NCBI RefSeq assembly: GCF_963921235.1
Contig: NC_086101.1
Location: 31,682,001 to 31,746,000 of the forward strand
Direction of reading: 5' to 3'
Source: Mobula hypostoma
Taxonomy: Eukaryota
DNA length: 64,000 nucleotides
The position numbers were made by a program, and so were the translations under genes. The notes beneath the pieces were generated by a model, which saw nothing but the letters and a program-made list of their open reading frames with translations, did no database searches and was not told the origin of the DNA. Of this stretch, positions 1 to 12,560 are shown one piece after another (the first letter of the stretch is position 1; each line of letters begins with the position of its first letter).

Positions 1-1120
1 ATCCCACCTCGGTCCAAAGGGGTCCGACAGGTTCAGATATCCTCCTGCCTCCTGCCTCCTGCCCTCGTTCTCCCTTCCTTTTCTTCCCCAAGGGGGGAAT
101 AGCCACACAAAAGCTGGTTCAATGGGGGACTCACTTTAGCATATCCTTTCACAAATTGCTGATAATACCCATAGAACCCCAAAAACGAGAACAGGGCGCT
201 CACAGTCTGGGGTCTCGGCCAGGTGGTCACTGCGTCCATCTTAGCCAGATCGGTAGCCACTCCATCTGATGAGATTATGTGTCCGACATAGCCGACAGAC
301 GTCTTACAAAACTGGCATTTGTCCAGGGAAAGTTTTAACCCTTCCTCCTTCAGCCGGCTTAACACCTTCGATAGCTGCTCCTCATGTTCTTCCAAAGTAG
401 ATCCAAACACTATCAAGTCTTCCAGATACAGCAACACCTCAAGCAAGTTCATATCCTCCACTGTCCTCTCCCTGACCCTCTGGAAGGTGGCTGCGACCCC
501 CCGATACACCTTGGGACATTTGTTCGAGCTGAAAGAATCCCAGGGGGCAGATAAAGGCCGTCTTCTCTTTATGGGCCCCACTCATCGGAATCTGGTAATA
601 CCCGCTCTGCAAATCCAATACACTAAACCACTGGGCACCACTCAAACAGGCCAATGCATCTTCAACCCTCAGGACCATATACTGGTCAGGGACAGTGCAC
701 CAGTTCAGGGTCCTGCAGTCCACACACATACGTACTTTCCCATTTTTCTTCCTTGCCACTACTATAGGGGATGCATAGGGGCTCCGTGATAATCCCCACA
801 TCCTTCAACTGGCGCAAGTGCTGCCGCACATCTTCCATATCAGCCGGGGCCAGCTGTTGCGACCTTTCTCTAAACGGGGTGTCATTTGTCACCTGGATAG
901 TGTGCTGAGTGCTCTTGGAACATCCCACATCAAACTCGCCCTGAGAAAAGACATCCCCTAACTCCAGCATCTTCTCCACCAGCCTTCTCTTTACACTCCG
1001 GCAGCACAGGGGAGTCCTCAAAGTTAAAGGCCTCCTCGGTCAGCCAATACTCCTCTGGACTCTCTAATGAGAGCACATCCTTAGGGAGTATTGTCAAAAG
1101 TTTGGGGCCCCAAGTGCAGC
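1..1120 (-). mobile_element. Gypsy/Ty3 LTR retrotransposon pol remnant (protease end, RT), frameshifted
   Basis: Overlapping minus ORFs 686-1021, 439-801 and 33-581 carry Gypsy RT motifs: YASPIVVARKKNGKVRMCVD, WFSVLDLQSGYYQIPM, YLEDLIVF (YxDD decayed), FLGFYGYY. Confidence 0.9.
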
Positions 1121-1124
1121 CTGA

Positions 1125-2525
1125 CTAGTTTTTTATAAAGGCTCAGCATCATCTCCTTGTTTTTAATATTCCATTCTCCTTGAAATAAATGCCAACATTG
1201 TATTTGACTTCTTTACCACAGACTCAACCTGTAAATTAACCTTCTGGGAGTCTTTCACAAGGACTCCCAAGTCCCTCTGATGGAGTAGAGGGATAGACAA
1301 ATTGGGGAATAGACTAAGAACAATGATTAACTAATGATCAATTATCTTGCTTACCTTAGTTTACTGTTTTGGACAGTCAGAATGAAGCTTTACCCAGCAG
1401 CCGGTGACGTACTAGTCATTATTGTCTAAAGATAGGCAAAGGCTCAAATAAGGAGCTATCTGATCATGCAGAAGCATCAAGGTGTAGCTAAATATGGGAA
1501 GAACAGTGTAGGGGTTAGAATGTTCTAGAGAAAAGGGGAAGCTGTCCAAATGAGGAACTGATGGGCTAGCTTTGGCTTAAAATAATTATAACTGACTAAC
1601 CAATGATCATTTTACATCTAATTGCATCTTAGCATGTGATTAAAATGATTCTAATATTGTCTAAACTTGTAATCCTAAGATTTCCTGCTACCTGATCAAT
1701 GTTATAAATTGTGGAGAATTGTGTAATTCGGGGGCAGTGTCCGGACTAGCTCTTTGGGAGATCAGTCTGTAACTTCCACCATAGCATACTGTGAATAAAG
1801 AGTAAAAGTTTGAGAAAGAATTGTGTTAGTCTATTTGTGGTATTGTTCTTGCATCAGGTCAATTTACCGTGACACCTCAGCACCTCTGACATTTGAACCT
1901 TCTCCCTATTTAGATAATAGCCTGCACTATAGTTCTTCCTACAAAAATGTATCATACATTTCCCAAAACAATTCCATCTGACACTTTTTACCCATTCTTC
2001 CAATGTGTCCAAGTCCTGTTACAATCACATTGCTTCCTCAGCACTACCTACTCCTCCACTTATCTTTGTATCATCCACAAACTTTGCCACAAGGCCATCA
2101 ATTCAATTATCTAAATCATTGACACACAATGTGAAAAGTAGCAGTCCCAATACTGACCCCTGAGGAACACCACTAGTCACTGGCAACCAACTAGAAAAGG
2201 CCCCCTTTATTCCCACTTGCTGCTTCCTGTCTGACAGCCATTCCACTATCCATAACAGTATTTTTCCGGTAATACCATAGGATTTTATCTTGTTAAGCAG
2301 TCTCATGTGTGTCACCTTGTCAAACACCTTCTGAAAGTCTAATCAAATGACATCCACTGCCTCTCCTTTGTCCACCCTGCTTGTTACTTCCTTGAACTCT
2401 AACAGATTTGTCAGGCAATATTTCCTTTCAGAGAAACCATACTGACTGACATATTTTATCATTAGTCTCCAAATACTTCAAAACCTCATCCTCAGACTCC
2501 AATACTTCCCCAACCACTGAGGTTA
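1125..2525 (-). mobile_element. CR1 LINE RT fragment, split by a solo LTR
   Basis: ORF 2103-2327 has [10 protein letters not shown] and [10 protein letters not shown]; CR1-like sequence continues on both sides of the LTR. Confidence 0.8.
1278..1874 (+). mobile_element. Solo LTR (597 bp) with 4-bp TSD
   Basis: Starts TG (1278) and ends CA (1874); CCTC at 1274-1277 and 1875-1878; AATAAA at 1794-1799; interrupts CR1. Confidence 0.8.
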
Positions 2526-2530
2526 GGCTA

Positions 2531-4323
2531 ACCATATAACCATAACAGCACAGAAACAGGCCATCTCGGCCCTTCTAGTCCGTGCCAAACTCTTACTCTC
2601 ACCTAGTCCCACCGACCTGCACTCAGCCCATAACCCTCCATTCCTTTCCTGTCCATATAGCTGTCCAATTTAACTTTAAACGACAAAATCAAACCTGCCT
2701 CAACCACTTCCGCTGGAAGCTCGGTCCACACAGCTACCACTCTCTGAGTAAAGAAGTTCCCCCTCATGTCACCCCTAAACTTTTGCCCTTTAACTCTCAA
2801 CTCATGTCCTCTTGTTTGAATCTCTCCCACTCTTAATGGAAAAAGCCAATCCATGTCAACTCTAACTACCCCCCTCAATTTGAAATACCTCTATCAAGTC
2901 CCCCCTCAACCTTCTACGTTCCAAAAAATAAAAGCCCAACTTGTTCAACCTTTCTCTGTAACTTAGGTGATGAAACCCAGGTAACATTCTAGTAAATCTT
3001 CTCTGTACTCTCTATTTTGTTGACATCGTTCCTATAATTCAGTTACCAAAACTGTACACAATACTCCAAATTTGGTCTCACCAATGCCTTGTACAATTTC
3101 AACATTACATCCCAACTCCTATACTCAATGCTCTTGTATATAAAGGCCAGCATACCAAAAGCTTTCTTCACCACCCTATCCACATGAGATTCCACCTTCA
3201 GGGAACTATGCACCACTATTCCTAGATCCCTCTGTTCTACTGCATTCTTCAATGCCCTACCATTTACCATGTAGGTCCTATTTTGACTAGTCCTACCAAA
3301 ATGTAGCACCTCATTTATCAGCATTAAACTCCTAATGCCATCTTATCTATCACACCTGAAGCAATTAAATCCAGGAATATCTAGTTGCCAATCACACCCT
3401 TCCTGTAACCATGTTTCACTAATAGCTACCACATCATACTTCCAGGTGTCAATCCATGCTTTAAACTCATCCACCTTTCTTATAATAGATAGATAGATAT
3501 ACTTTATTAATCCCGAGGGAATTTTGGTTTCATTACAGCCGCACCAACCAAGAATAGAGCGTAAATATAGCAATACAAAAAACCCCAACAATCAAACAAC
3601 AAAATGGAAAACTATGCCAGATGGAAATAAGTCCAGGACCAGTCTATTGGCTCAGGGTGTCTGACCCTCCACGGGAGGAGCTGCACGTTCGATGGCCACA
3701 GGCAGAAATGACCTCCCGTGCCACCCAGTGTTGTATCACGGTGGAATGTGGCCGAAGTCCAACAGTAAAAAGTTCAATATCCAGTCTACAAACACGTTCC
3801 TCGATCGTAATATACCCCGGATTGCACCATCCGTTGTTAGCCAGATCAGTAAGCACCCAACTCCTTCACGCTTACCGCTCTCAGTGCACTTCCGGTCAGC
3901 CGGAATGGTATTACCCACCGAACTCCTCTTCTCCAAAAGTCTGTTGTCTCGACCCGGTCCTCTTTCCTCGGCTTTGTGATCCCCCTCTGTGTGTTTTACT
4001 CCAGATTTCAGCAGGGGTGTCTGCCGCTCTGTTCGCTAAGCCGACCGGAATTTGCTGGTCCGTGAAATACACAATGCGACCTTGCTTCTGTCCCACGTGT
4101 CGGGATGTAACCATTTCCAGCGCTAAAGAAAACCCAAATAAAACTCTCTACCAGCATATCAGAGAGGGTGCAGCTTTGACGTGTTACCGTGAGAAAAAAA
4201 ATACAAAAAATAATGTAAGTTAAAAAGTAAGAAAGTAAAAGAATAAATCGGAACAGCTGTACCAGGCTGCATGCACGACCGGCGCACGCTCCTAGCATTA
4301 AAATAAATGCACTTAATGAATTT
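2531..4323 (-). mobile_element. Internally deleted CR1 copy (endonuclease start joined to 3' end)
   Basis: ORFs 2603-2878 and 3043-3324 match the CR1 C-terminus (RPNLEYCVQFW); WIDTWKYDVVAISETWL is the APE start; same family as 32160-37206. Confidence 0.8.
3487..4287 (-). mobile_element. Short deletion derivative of a Rex1/L2-type LINE nested in CR1
   Basis: Splits the CR1 codons cctttcttataat|gctcctagc; endonuclease-like ADRKCTESGKR and GWCNPGYITIEERVC; (TCTA)n tail at the left end; no TSD seen. Confidence 0.6.
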
Positions 4324-7250
4324 TCCAGCAACACACAAAGTTGCTGGTGAACGCAGCAGGCCAGGCAGCATCTCTAGGATGAGGTACAGTCGACATTTCA
4401 GGCCAAGACCCTTCGTCAGGGCTAACTGAAGGAAGAGTTAGTAAGATTTGAAAGTGGGAGGGGGAGGGGGAGATACAAAATGATAGGAGAAGACAGGAGG
4501 AGGGGGGATGGAGCCAAGAGCTGGACAGGTGATTGGCAAAGGGGATATGAGAGGATCATGGGACAGGAGGTCCGGGGAGAAAGACGGGGGGTGGGGAGAA
4601 CCCAGAAGATGGGCAAGGGGTATAGTCGGAGGGACAGAGGGAGAAAAAGGAGAGTGAGAGAAAGAATGTGTGTATAAAAATAAACAGATGGGGTAGGAGG
4701 GGGAGGTGGGGCATTAGCGAAAGTTAAGAGGTCGATGTTCATGCCATCAGGTTGGAGGTTACCCAGACGGAATATAAGGTGTTGTTCCTCCAACCTGAGT
4801 GTGGCTTCATCTTTACAGTAGAGGAGGCCATGGATAGACATGTCAGAATGGGAATGGGATGTGGAATTAAAAATGTGTGGCCACTGGGAGATCCTGCTTT
4901 CTCTGGCGGACAGAGCGTAGGTGTTCAGTAAAGCGGTCTCCCAGTCTGCGTCGGGTCTCGCCAATATATAGAAGGCCACATCGGGAGCACCGGACGCAGT
5001 ATATCACCCCAGCCGACTCACAGGTGAAGTGTCGCCTCACCTGGAAGGACTGTCTGGGGCCCTGAATGGAGTGAGAGCAGATGTACGTGAAATGGGGGAG
5101 ATGCGTTTGAGAGCAGAGTTGATAGTGGAGGAAGGGAAGCCCCTTTCTTTAAAAAAGGAGGACATCTCCCTCGTCCTGGAATGAAAAGCCTCATCCTGAG
5201 AGCAGATGCGGTGGAGACAGAGGAATTGTGAGAAGGGGATGGTATTTTTGCAAGAGACGGGGTGAGAAGAGGAATAGTCCAGATAGCTGAGAGTCAGTAG
5301 GCTTATAGTAGACATCAGTGGATAAGCTGTCTCCAGAGACAGACTGAAAGATCTAGAAAGCGGAGGGAGGTGTTAGAAATGGACCAGGTAAACTTGAGGG
5401 CAGGGTGAAAGTTGGAGGCAAAGTTAATAAGGTCAATGAGTTCTGCATGCGTGCAGGAAGCAGCGCCAATGCAGTCGTCGATGTAGCGAAGGAAAAGTGG
5501 GGGACAGATACCAGAATAGGCACGGAACATAGATTGTTCCACAAAGCCAACAAAAAGGCAGGCATAGCTAGGACCCATACTACATAGCTACACCTTTAGT
5601 TTGGAGGAAGTGGGAGGAGCCAAAGGAGAAATTATTAAGAGTAAGGACTAATTCCACTAGACGGAGCAGAGTGGTGGTAGAAGGGAACTGATTAGGTGTG
5701 GAATCCAAAAAGAAGCGGAGAGCTTTGAGACCTTCCTGATGGGGGATGGAAGTATATAGGGACTGGACATCCATGGTGAAAATAAAGCGGTGGGGGCCAA
5801 GGAACTTAAAATCATCGAAAAGTTTAAGAGCATGAGAAGTGTCACGAACATAGGTCGGAAGGGATTGAACAAGGGGTGATAAAACAGTGTCGAGGTATGC
5901 AGAAACGAGTTCAGTGGGGCAGGAGCAAGCTGAGACAATAGGTCTGCCAGGACAGGCAGGTTTGTGGATCTTGGGTAGGAGGTAGAAACGGGAAGTGCGG
6001 GATGTGGGAACTATAAGGTTGGTAGCAGTGGATGGGAGATCCCCTGAGCGGATAAAGTCGGTGATGGTGTGGGAGACAATGGCCTGGTGCTCCTTAGTGG
6101 GGTCACGATCGAGGGGTAAATAAGAGGAGGTATCCGCGAGTTGTCGCTGTGCCTCGGCAAGGTAGAGGTCAGTACGCCAGACTACAACAGCACCCCCCTT
6201 ATCAGCGGGTTTAATAGTAAGGTTAGGATTAGTGCGGAGGGAGTGGAGAGCAGAGCGTTCCGAAGGAGTGAGGTTGGAATGAGGACAAGGTGCGGTGAAG
6301 TCGAGACAGTTGATGTCCTGTCGGCAGTTAGCGATAAAGACATCCAGAGCAGGCAGAAGACCAGAGTGGGGTGTCCATGAAGAAGAGGTGGGTTGAAGAT
6401 GGAGAAGGGGGGGTCATCGGTGGGGGTGGAAGAGTCCTTGCCGAAGAAGTAGGCTCGGAGACGGAGAAAGAAGAGTTCCGCATCATGGCGAACACGGAAC
6501 TCGCTGAGGTGTGGGTGAAGGGGGACAAAGGTGAGGCCCTTACTGAGAACAGAGCATTCTGCCTCCGATAGTTGAAGGTCAGAGGGGATGGTAAAAGACC
6601 CGGCACAGATGAGAGCTGGGATCAGAGGAGGGAGGGGGGAGGCTGGGGGTGTCAGTGGAGAGGGGAGGGTTGGGGTGAGGAGAAGGAGGCGCCTCTGAGG
6701 ACCCAGGAGCTGACGGTGGGATATGAGTGGACGGAGTTGCAGAGTGGTGGTGGGGGAAGGGGAGACGGGAGTCACAATAGCGGCACATAAAGACCCGGCC
6801 TGGAGTTCAAGGCTGGAATCGCAGTTGGTGGTTGCACAATCACTTTGAATGTCTCCATGGTCGTTGCTGGAGTCCGGGTTTTGAATATGCCCCGAGGTGT
6901 TGGAGCCGGTGAGATCAATGGCAGGAGCCGCAATCTGAAGTTCATGCCTGCTAGTTTCATGGCCAGCAGGCTCTGGGGTCTGCAGATGTAGGATCTTGCG
7001 ATCTTTGCCTAACATGACAAAGTCAAAAAAATGGCGATTGCAGGCGTGAATCCGACGGAGGATGAAATAACGGGTAGGACCATTACAGATGGCGAAGAAA
7101 GTGTCCCAAAAGTGTGGAAGGGTCTGAGATAGGGACACCAAATACCTCCTCACGGTGGAGAGGGTCGCCTTCAGAGCTTGACGGGAGAAGCGACAAGAGG
7201 CAGAGTCAATAAAATGTGAGTACCTGGGATCCTCAGAAGGTCCAAATTGA
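4324..7250 (-). mobile_element. Penelope-like element, near full length, frameshifted
   Basis: RT motifs MDVQSLYTSIP, MGPSYACLFVG, FLRYIDD; GIY-YIG region VIYCVRCSRCGLLYIGE (about 4960-5010); C-terminal LRLEEQHLIFRLG; pLTR at the 3' end. Confidence 0.9.
4387..4425 (-). ncRNA. Minimal type-I hammerhead ribozyme motif in the PLE pLTR
   Basis: Minus strand ttagcc-CTGACGA-agggtcttggcct-GAAA-t-GTC-gactg: catalytic boxes intact, one mismatch in helix I. Confidence 0.55.
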
Positions 7251-7269
7251 GAGGCTCGGAATTTAAATT

Positions 7270-8530
7270 TTCCACCTTTCTCTGTTTATCACTAACAATA
7301 CAAACAACTTTACTATTTTCTTTTTCTTCCTTCTTCCCTACTTCTGTTCCTACACTCTGGTTCCCCTCCCCCCTCGTATCCAGTTTAAATCCACCGGAGC
7401 CTCTCTAGCAAACCTACCTGCAAGAATATTTGTCCCCCTCCACTTCAGATGTAAACCGTCCCGCCAGAACAGGTCCCACCTTCCCTGGAAAACTGCCCAA
7501 TTATCTATAAATCTGAAGCCCTCCCTCCTGCAGCATGTCTTCAGCCACGTGTTGATCTATGCTGTCTTACTATATCTAAACCCGCCTGCACATGGCAATG
7601 GTAGCAATCCTGAGATTGCTATCCTGGAGGTCCTGTCCTTTAACTCGGCACCTAACTCCCTAAACTCACCTTTCAGGACCTCCTCACTCTTCCTACCCAC
7701 GTCAGTGGTCCCTACGTGGACCACGACATCCAGCTGCTCACCCTCCCTCTTGAGAATACTGAGAACTCGATCAGAGATATCGTGGACCTTGACACCAGGG
7801 AGGCAACAGACCATCCGGGATTCTCAATCTCTTCCACAGAACCTCTTATCTGTCCCCCTAACTATCAAATCCCCCATCACTACTGCTCTCCTCTTTCCCC
7901 TCCTTCCCTTCTGAGTTGAGGGGCCCGTCTCGGTGCTAGAGATGCAGCCACTGCAACTTGTCCCTGGTAGGTTGTCCCCATCAACAGTATCCTGAACTAT
8001 GTACTTTATTGGTGGGAACGTCCAGAGGTGCTCTGCTCATTCTGTCTATTCCCCTTCCCTCTCCTGACAGTCACCCAGCTACCTGTCTCCTGACTCTTAG
8101 GGGTAACTATCTCCCTGTAACTCCTCTCTATTTCTGCCTCTGCCTCTGCCTCTCGAATGATCTGAAGTTCATCCAGCTCCAGCTCCCTAACTCAGTTTGT
8201 CAGGAGCTGCAGCTGGATGCACCTTTCGCAGGTGTAGTTATCAGGGACGATTGTGCTCGCCCTGACTTCCTACATACTGCAAACGGAGCACTCAACTGCC
8301 CTAACTGCTGCCTCCATTACCTACTCTTAAGGCAATTAGATTTATTAAAGGAACTTACCAGGCCTTGCCTCACTTGGAGTGAAGCTTTTGCTCAGCCTCT
8401 GCTCGCCGAAGCCTCAGGAGCCAAAGCCCCCTACTCCATCAATCTGCTCTCTTTTAAACTCTTCCGCTGCCACACAGTCCGACTTACACGCGCTTGCGCA
8501 GTCATGCCCAATTCAACTGCTGAAGAAAAT
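7270..8530 (-). mobile_element. CR1 ORF1 (SGNH esterase-like) and 5' UTR remnant
   Basis: ORF 7557-7814 VCCLPGVKV..VVVHVGTTDVGRK..IAISGLLP, homologous to the plus-strand ORF 33156-33584. Confidence 0.8.
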
Positions 8531-8539
8531 GACTGACTT

Positions 8540-10030
8540 CCACAATCTGCTCTTTAATTTCCTCCCTTTCACCTTCCTCCCATCTTAAAGAGTGGATTGA
8601 TATTTGCAATCTTCCAGTCCTCCAGGGCCATACCAGAATAAAGTGATTCTTGAAAGATCAAGACCAATTCATCTGTTATCCCTTCAGCAACCTTTCTCAG
8701 GACTCTGGGATGTAGTCCATCTGGCTCCAGGTGACTTATCCACCTTAAGACCTTTGCATTTGCCTAGCACTTTCAAATAGCAAAGACACTAATGAACCTC
8801 TGGCACACTGTGAGTGTCTTCTCACTCACTTTTGCTATTTTATATGCCCTTTCCTTGGCTTTTATGCAGTCCTTAACTTCCGTTGTCAGCCACAGTTGCC
8901 TAGCCTGCCATTTGAGAACTTTTGTGGGACATGTCTATCCAATGCCTTGTGAGCCATTCCGAGAAACTTCAGCCACCTTTGCTCTGTCATCATCCCTGCC
9001 AGTATCCTCCTCCAATCCACCTGGACAAGCTCCTCTTGCATGCCTCCAATTCTCTTTATTCCATAGTGATATGGATGCATGCGAGTCATGCTTCTCCCTC
9101 TCAATTTGCAGCACGAATTCAATCATTATGAACACTGCCTCCTAAGGGTTCCTTTACACTAAGCTCCCTAATAAGATCCGAGTTATTACACAACACCCAA
9201 TCTAAGATAGACTTTCCCCGATTAGTCACAAGCTGCTCTTAAAAAAAATCTTGTAAGCATTCAATTTTCCTCTTGCAATCCGACACAAATCTGATTTTCC
9301 CAATCCCCTTACAATTGTGTCATTACCCTTATTACATACCTTTTCCAGCTCCCTTTGCAATCTCAAGCCCACATCTTGGCTACTATTTAGAGGCAACACA
9401 AGAACTTCAAACCCATACTCAATATTTTTAGGAACAATTTCTATATTCTGCTTTCAAATTCAACCTCCCAAAGTGCACCTCTTCACACTTCTTCCAGTTG
9501 AACTCTATCTGCCACAGCAGCTCAGCTCTGCACCCCTCCAATGTCCTGTTGCAATTTACAAGAAACCTCTACACTATCCACAACTCCAACCTTGATGTCA
9601 TCTGCAAATCTATTAACCCACCCTGCCACTTCATCAACCAAGTCATTTATACACATTTTTAAAAAATCAAAGGAGTCCTAGAACAGTTCCTGCACAACAC
9701 CACTGGTCACCTACCTCTAGGCAGAATAAGCGCCATTTATTACCTTCCTTTGCCTTTTATGGGCAAGCCAATTCTGTATTGACACAGTCAAGTTTCCTTG
9801 GATCCCATACACTTGGCTTACTGAATGAACCCGGCTTGCTAAAATCCACTCAAGCCACATTCACTGTTCTACCTTCAACAATCTGCTTTGTCACATCCTC
9901 CAAGAATTCAATTAGGCTCCTGAGGTTTGACCTACCACTCAAAGCCATGTTGACTGTCCCCAATCAGATTATGCTTCTCCAAATGTCCACAAATCATGGT
10001 CTAAGAATCTTAGACATGGTTTACAAGCAC
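8540..10030 (-). mobile_element. Degraded CR1 ORF2 fragments
   Basis: ORF 8886-9122 resembles the CR1 EN-RT linker; similar to other CR1 pieces in the window. Confidence 0.65.
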
Positions 10031-12560
10031 TTAGAGCAGCACTCCTGTCCAAGAATTTTAGACAGCAGCACTTACAGAACTGCTTTGAGTCAGTGGACTA
10101 TGTGCAAGGATTTACGTTAGGGTCTGAATGAATATGCTATAATTGTCACCAACTTCCTTAAAACCTGTGTGGGTAAGTGTGTGCCTAGGAGAACATACTG
10201 TGTCTTACTGAATCAAACATCGGATGAATCAGGAGATTCATAGTCTGCTGAAGGCTAGATCTGTGGCATTCACATCTGGTGACCCAGGACTATACAATAC
10301 AGGTATGACTTAGAGGGCCATCTCAAGAGCAAAGGAAGCAAATGAGGTTGGAGGCAGAATTGGAAGTACATCAACTCTGGTAGGGTTTGCAGGCCATTAC
10401 TTCCTATGAAGCAAAACCTAATATGAATGGCAGTAATGCTTCACTCCCAGAAGTGCTCAAAGCCTTTTATGCAGGCTTTGAAAAGGAGAATGAAATACAG
10501 CTGAGGATCCCTACAGCATGGCTTGGAGGACGATGTCAGAATGCCTTTCAGGAAAGCAAACCCTTGCAAGGTGACAGGCTTTGATATACCTGTCAGGGCT
10601 CTGAAAACTTGTCAACTATCTGGCAGGTGTGTTCAAAGACATTTTCAACCTCATTCCCACCCACTTCAAATGGGCAACCATCATACTAGTGCCCAAGAGC
10701 AGGTGAGCTGCTGTAATGACTACCATCCAGTAGCACTTGCGTCACAGTGATGAAGTGCTTTGAGAGGTTGTTTATGGCTATAACCAACTCCTGCTCAAGG
10801 ACTTGTGCCCACTGCAACTTGTATACTGCCATAATAGGGCTACAGTGGCTCTTCACACAACCTTGGATCACCTGAACAATACAAATACTTGTGTCAGGCT
10901 ACTGTTATTAGATTATGAGGACACGCAGTCCTCTTGTCATTTAGTAATGCATGCATTAAGAAATGATACAATATTCCTCCAGTGTGATATCACAGAAACA
11001 CAGGATAGACCAAGACTGAAAAACAAAAACCACATAATTATAACATATAGCTGTGCAGCAATACCATAACTTGATGAAGAACAGGCCATGGGCACAGTAA
11101 AAAAAGTTCAAAGTCTCTCGAAAGTCCCACATCTCACGCAGACGGGAGAAGGAAGAAAACTCTCCCTGCTATGCCCGACCACAATCCGACTCTGAGTCGT
11201 CCGAAAACTTCGAGCCTCCGATCAGCCCTCCGACACCGAGTACCGAGCACCATCTCTGCCGAATGCTTCGACCTCAGCCTCGGTTGCCAGCAGCAGGCAA
11301 AGCCGGGGATTTTGGGGCCTTCCCTCCGGAGATTCTCAATCGCACAGTAGCAGCAGTAGCAAACCAGGCATTTCAAAAGTTTCCCCAGATGTTCCTCCGT
11401 GCTTCTCATGTCTGTCTCCATCAAATCAGAATTGTGCACGGCATCCTACTTACAAATATGATATCATTTCACCGGAGAGCTGCGCACGTCACCATCTTTT
11501 CCTCCCGCCTCCTTATTGACTATAGCTCAGTGAATAACACAATCATTCCTACAGATCTGATCAAAAAGTTCTAAAACCTGGGTCTCTGTACCTCCCTCTG
11601 CAGCTGGATCCTTGACTTCCTCATCAGAAGGGGACAGTCTATGCAGATCAGAAATAACATGCCCACCTCACTGATAACCAACACTGCCAAACAAGGATGT
11701 GTGCTCAACCCACTGCTCTTCTTTAACCCATGACTGTGTGGCTAGGCACAGATCAAATACCATCTACAAATTTGCTAATAGCCATTGTGGGCAGAATTTC
11801 AGATGGTGATAAGACAGCATACAGGAGACAGATCAGCTGGTTGAGTGATGCTGCAGTAACAACCTTGCACTCAATAATAAAGGAAAAACAATTGATTGCA
11901 GACTTCAGAAAGGGCAAGACAAGAGAACATGCCTGTCTTCAGAGAGATCAGAAGTGGAAAGAATGAGCAATTTCAAATTCTTGGGCATCAACATCTGAAG
12001 ATCTAGCCTGGGCCCAACATATTGATGTAGTTACAAGGAAGGCACAACAGCAGCGATTTCATTAGGAGTTGAGGAGAATTGGCATGTCACAAAAGACACT
12101 CAAGTTTCTACAGATGTACCGCGGCGAGCAGCACTTCAGATTCAGGAGTGGGCAGGGGAAGACAGACTGCACGTGATCAAAATAAGCTGCAGAAAGTTAT
12201 AAACTCAGTCAGCTCCACCAGGACAAACCTCCCCAGCATCCAGGGAATCAAGGAGCAATGCCTCAAAGAGGCACCATCCATCAACAAGAATATGCCCTGT
12301 TCTCATTGCTGCCACCAGGGTGGTGCTACAGGAGCCTGAAGGCACACACTCAACTATTCAGGAATAGCACCTTCACTGCCAGACTTCTGAATGGACACTG
12401 AACCCATGAAAACTACCCCACTGCTTATTTAATTTCACTTTTTAAAATATATACACTTCTTGTGATTTAGTGTTTTTATGTATTGGAATGTACTGATACT
12501 GCATAGCAAATTCATGACATACACCAATGATATTGAACCCGATTTTGATCCAATAATTTG
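10030..12560 (+). mobile_element. Rex1/Babar-like LINE remnant
   Basis: NDYHPVALAS..MKCFERL, LQLVYCHNRAT..LHTTLDHL and VRLLLLDY motifs; 3' UTR-like tail near 12420-12550. Confidence 0.7.
10910..11512 (-). mobile_element. Non-autonomous ~600-bp retroposon, copy 1
   Basis: Highly similar to 34441-34971; TTATT at 10905-10909 and 11513-11517 (putative TSD); interrupts the Rex1-like RT. Confidence 0.7.

Noticed and set aside
7958-8536. 192-aa plus-strand ORF and similar ORFs (3621-4223, 319-789, 51320-51832)
   Set aside because: Antisense or chimeric frames over transposon sequence, with no independent coding signal.
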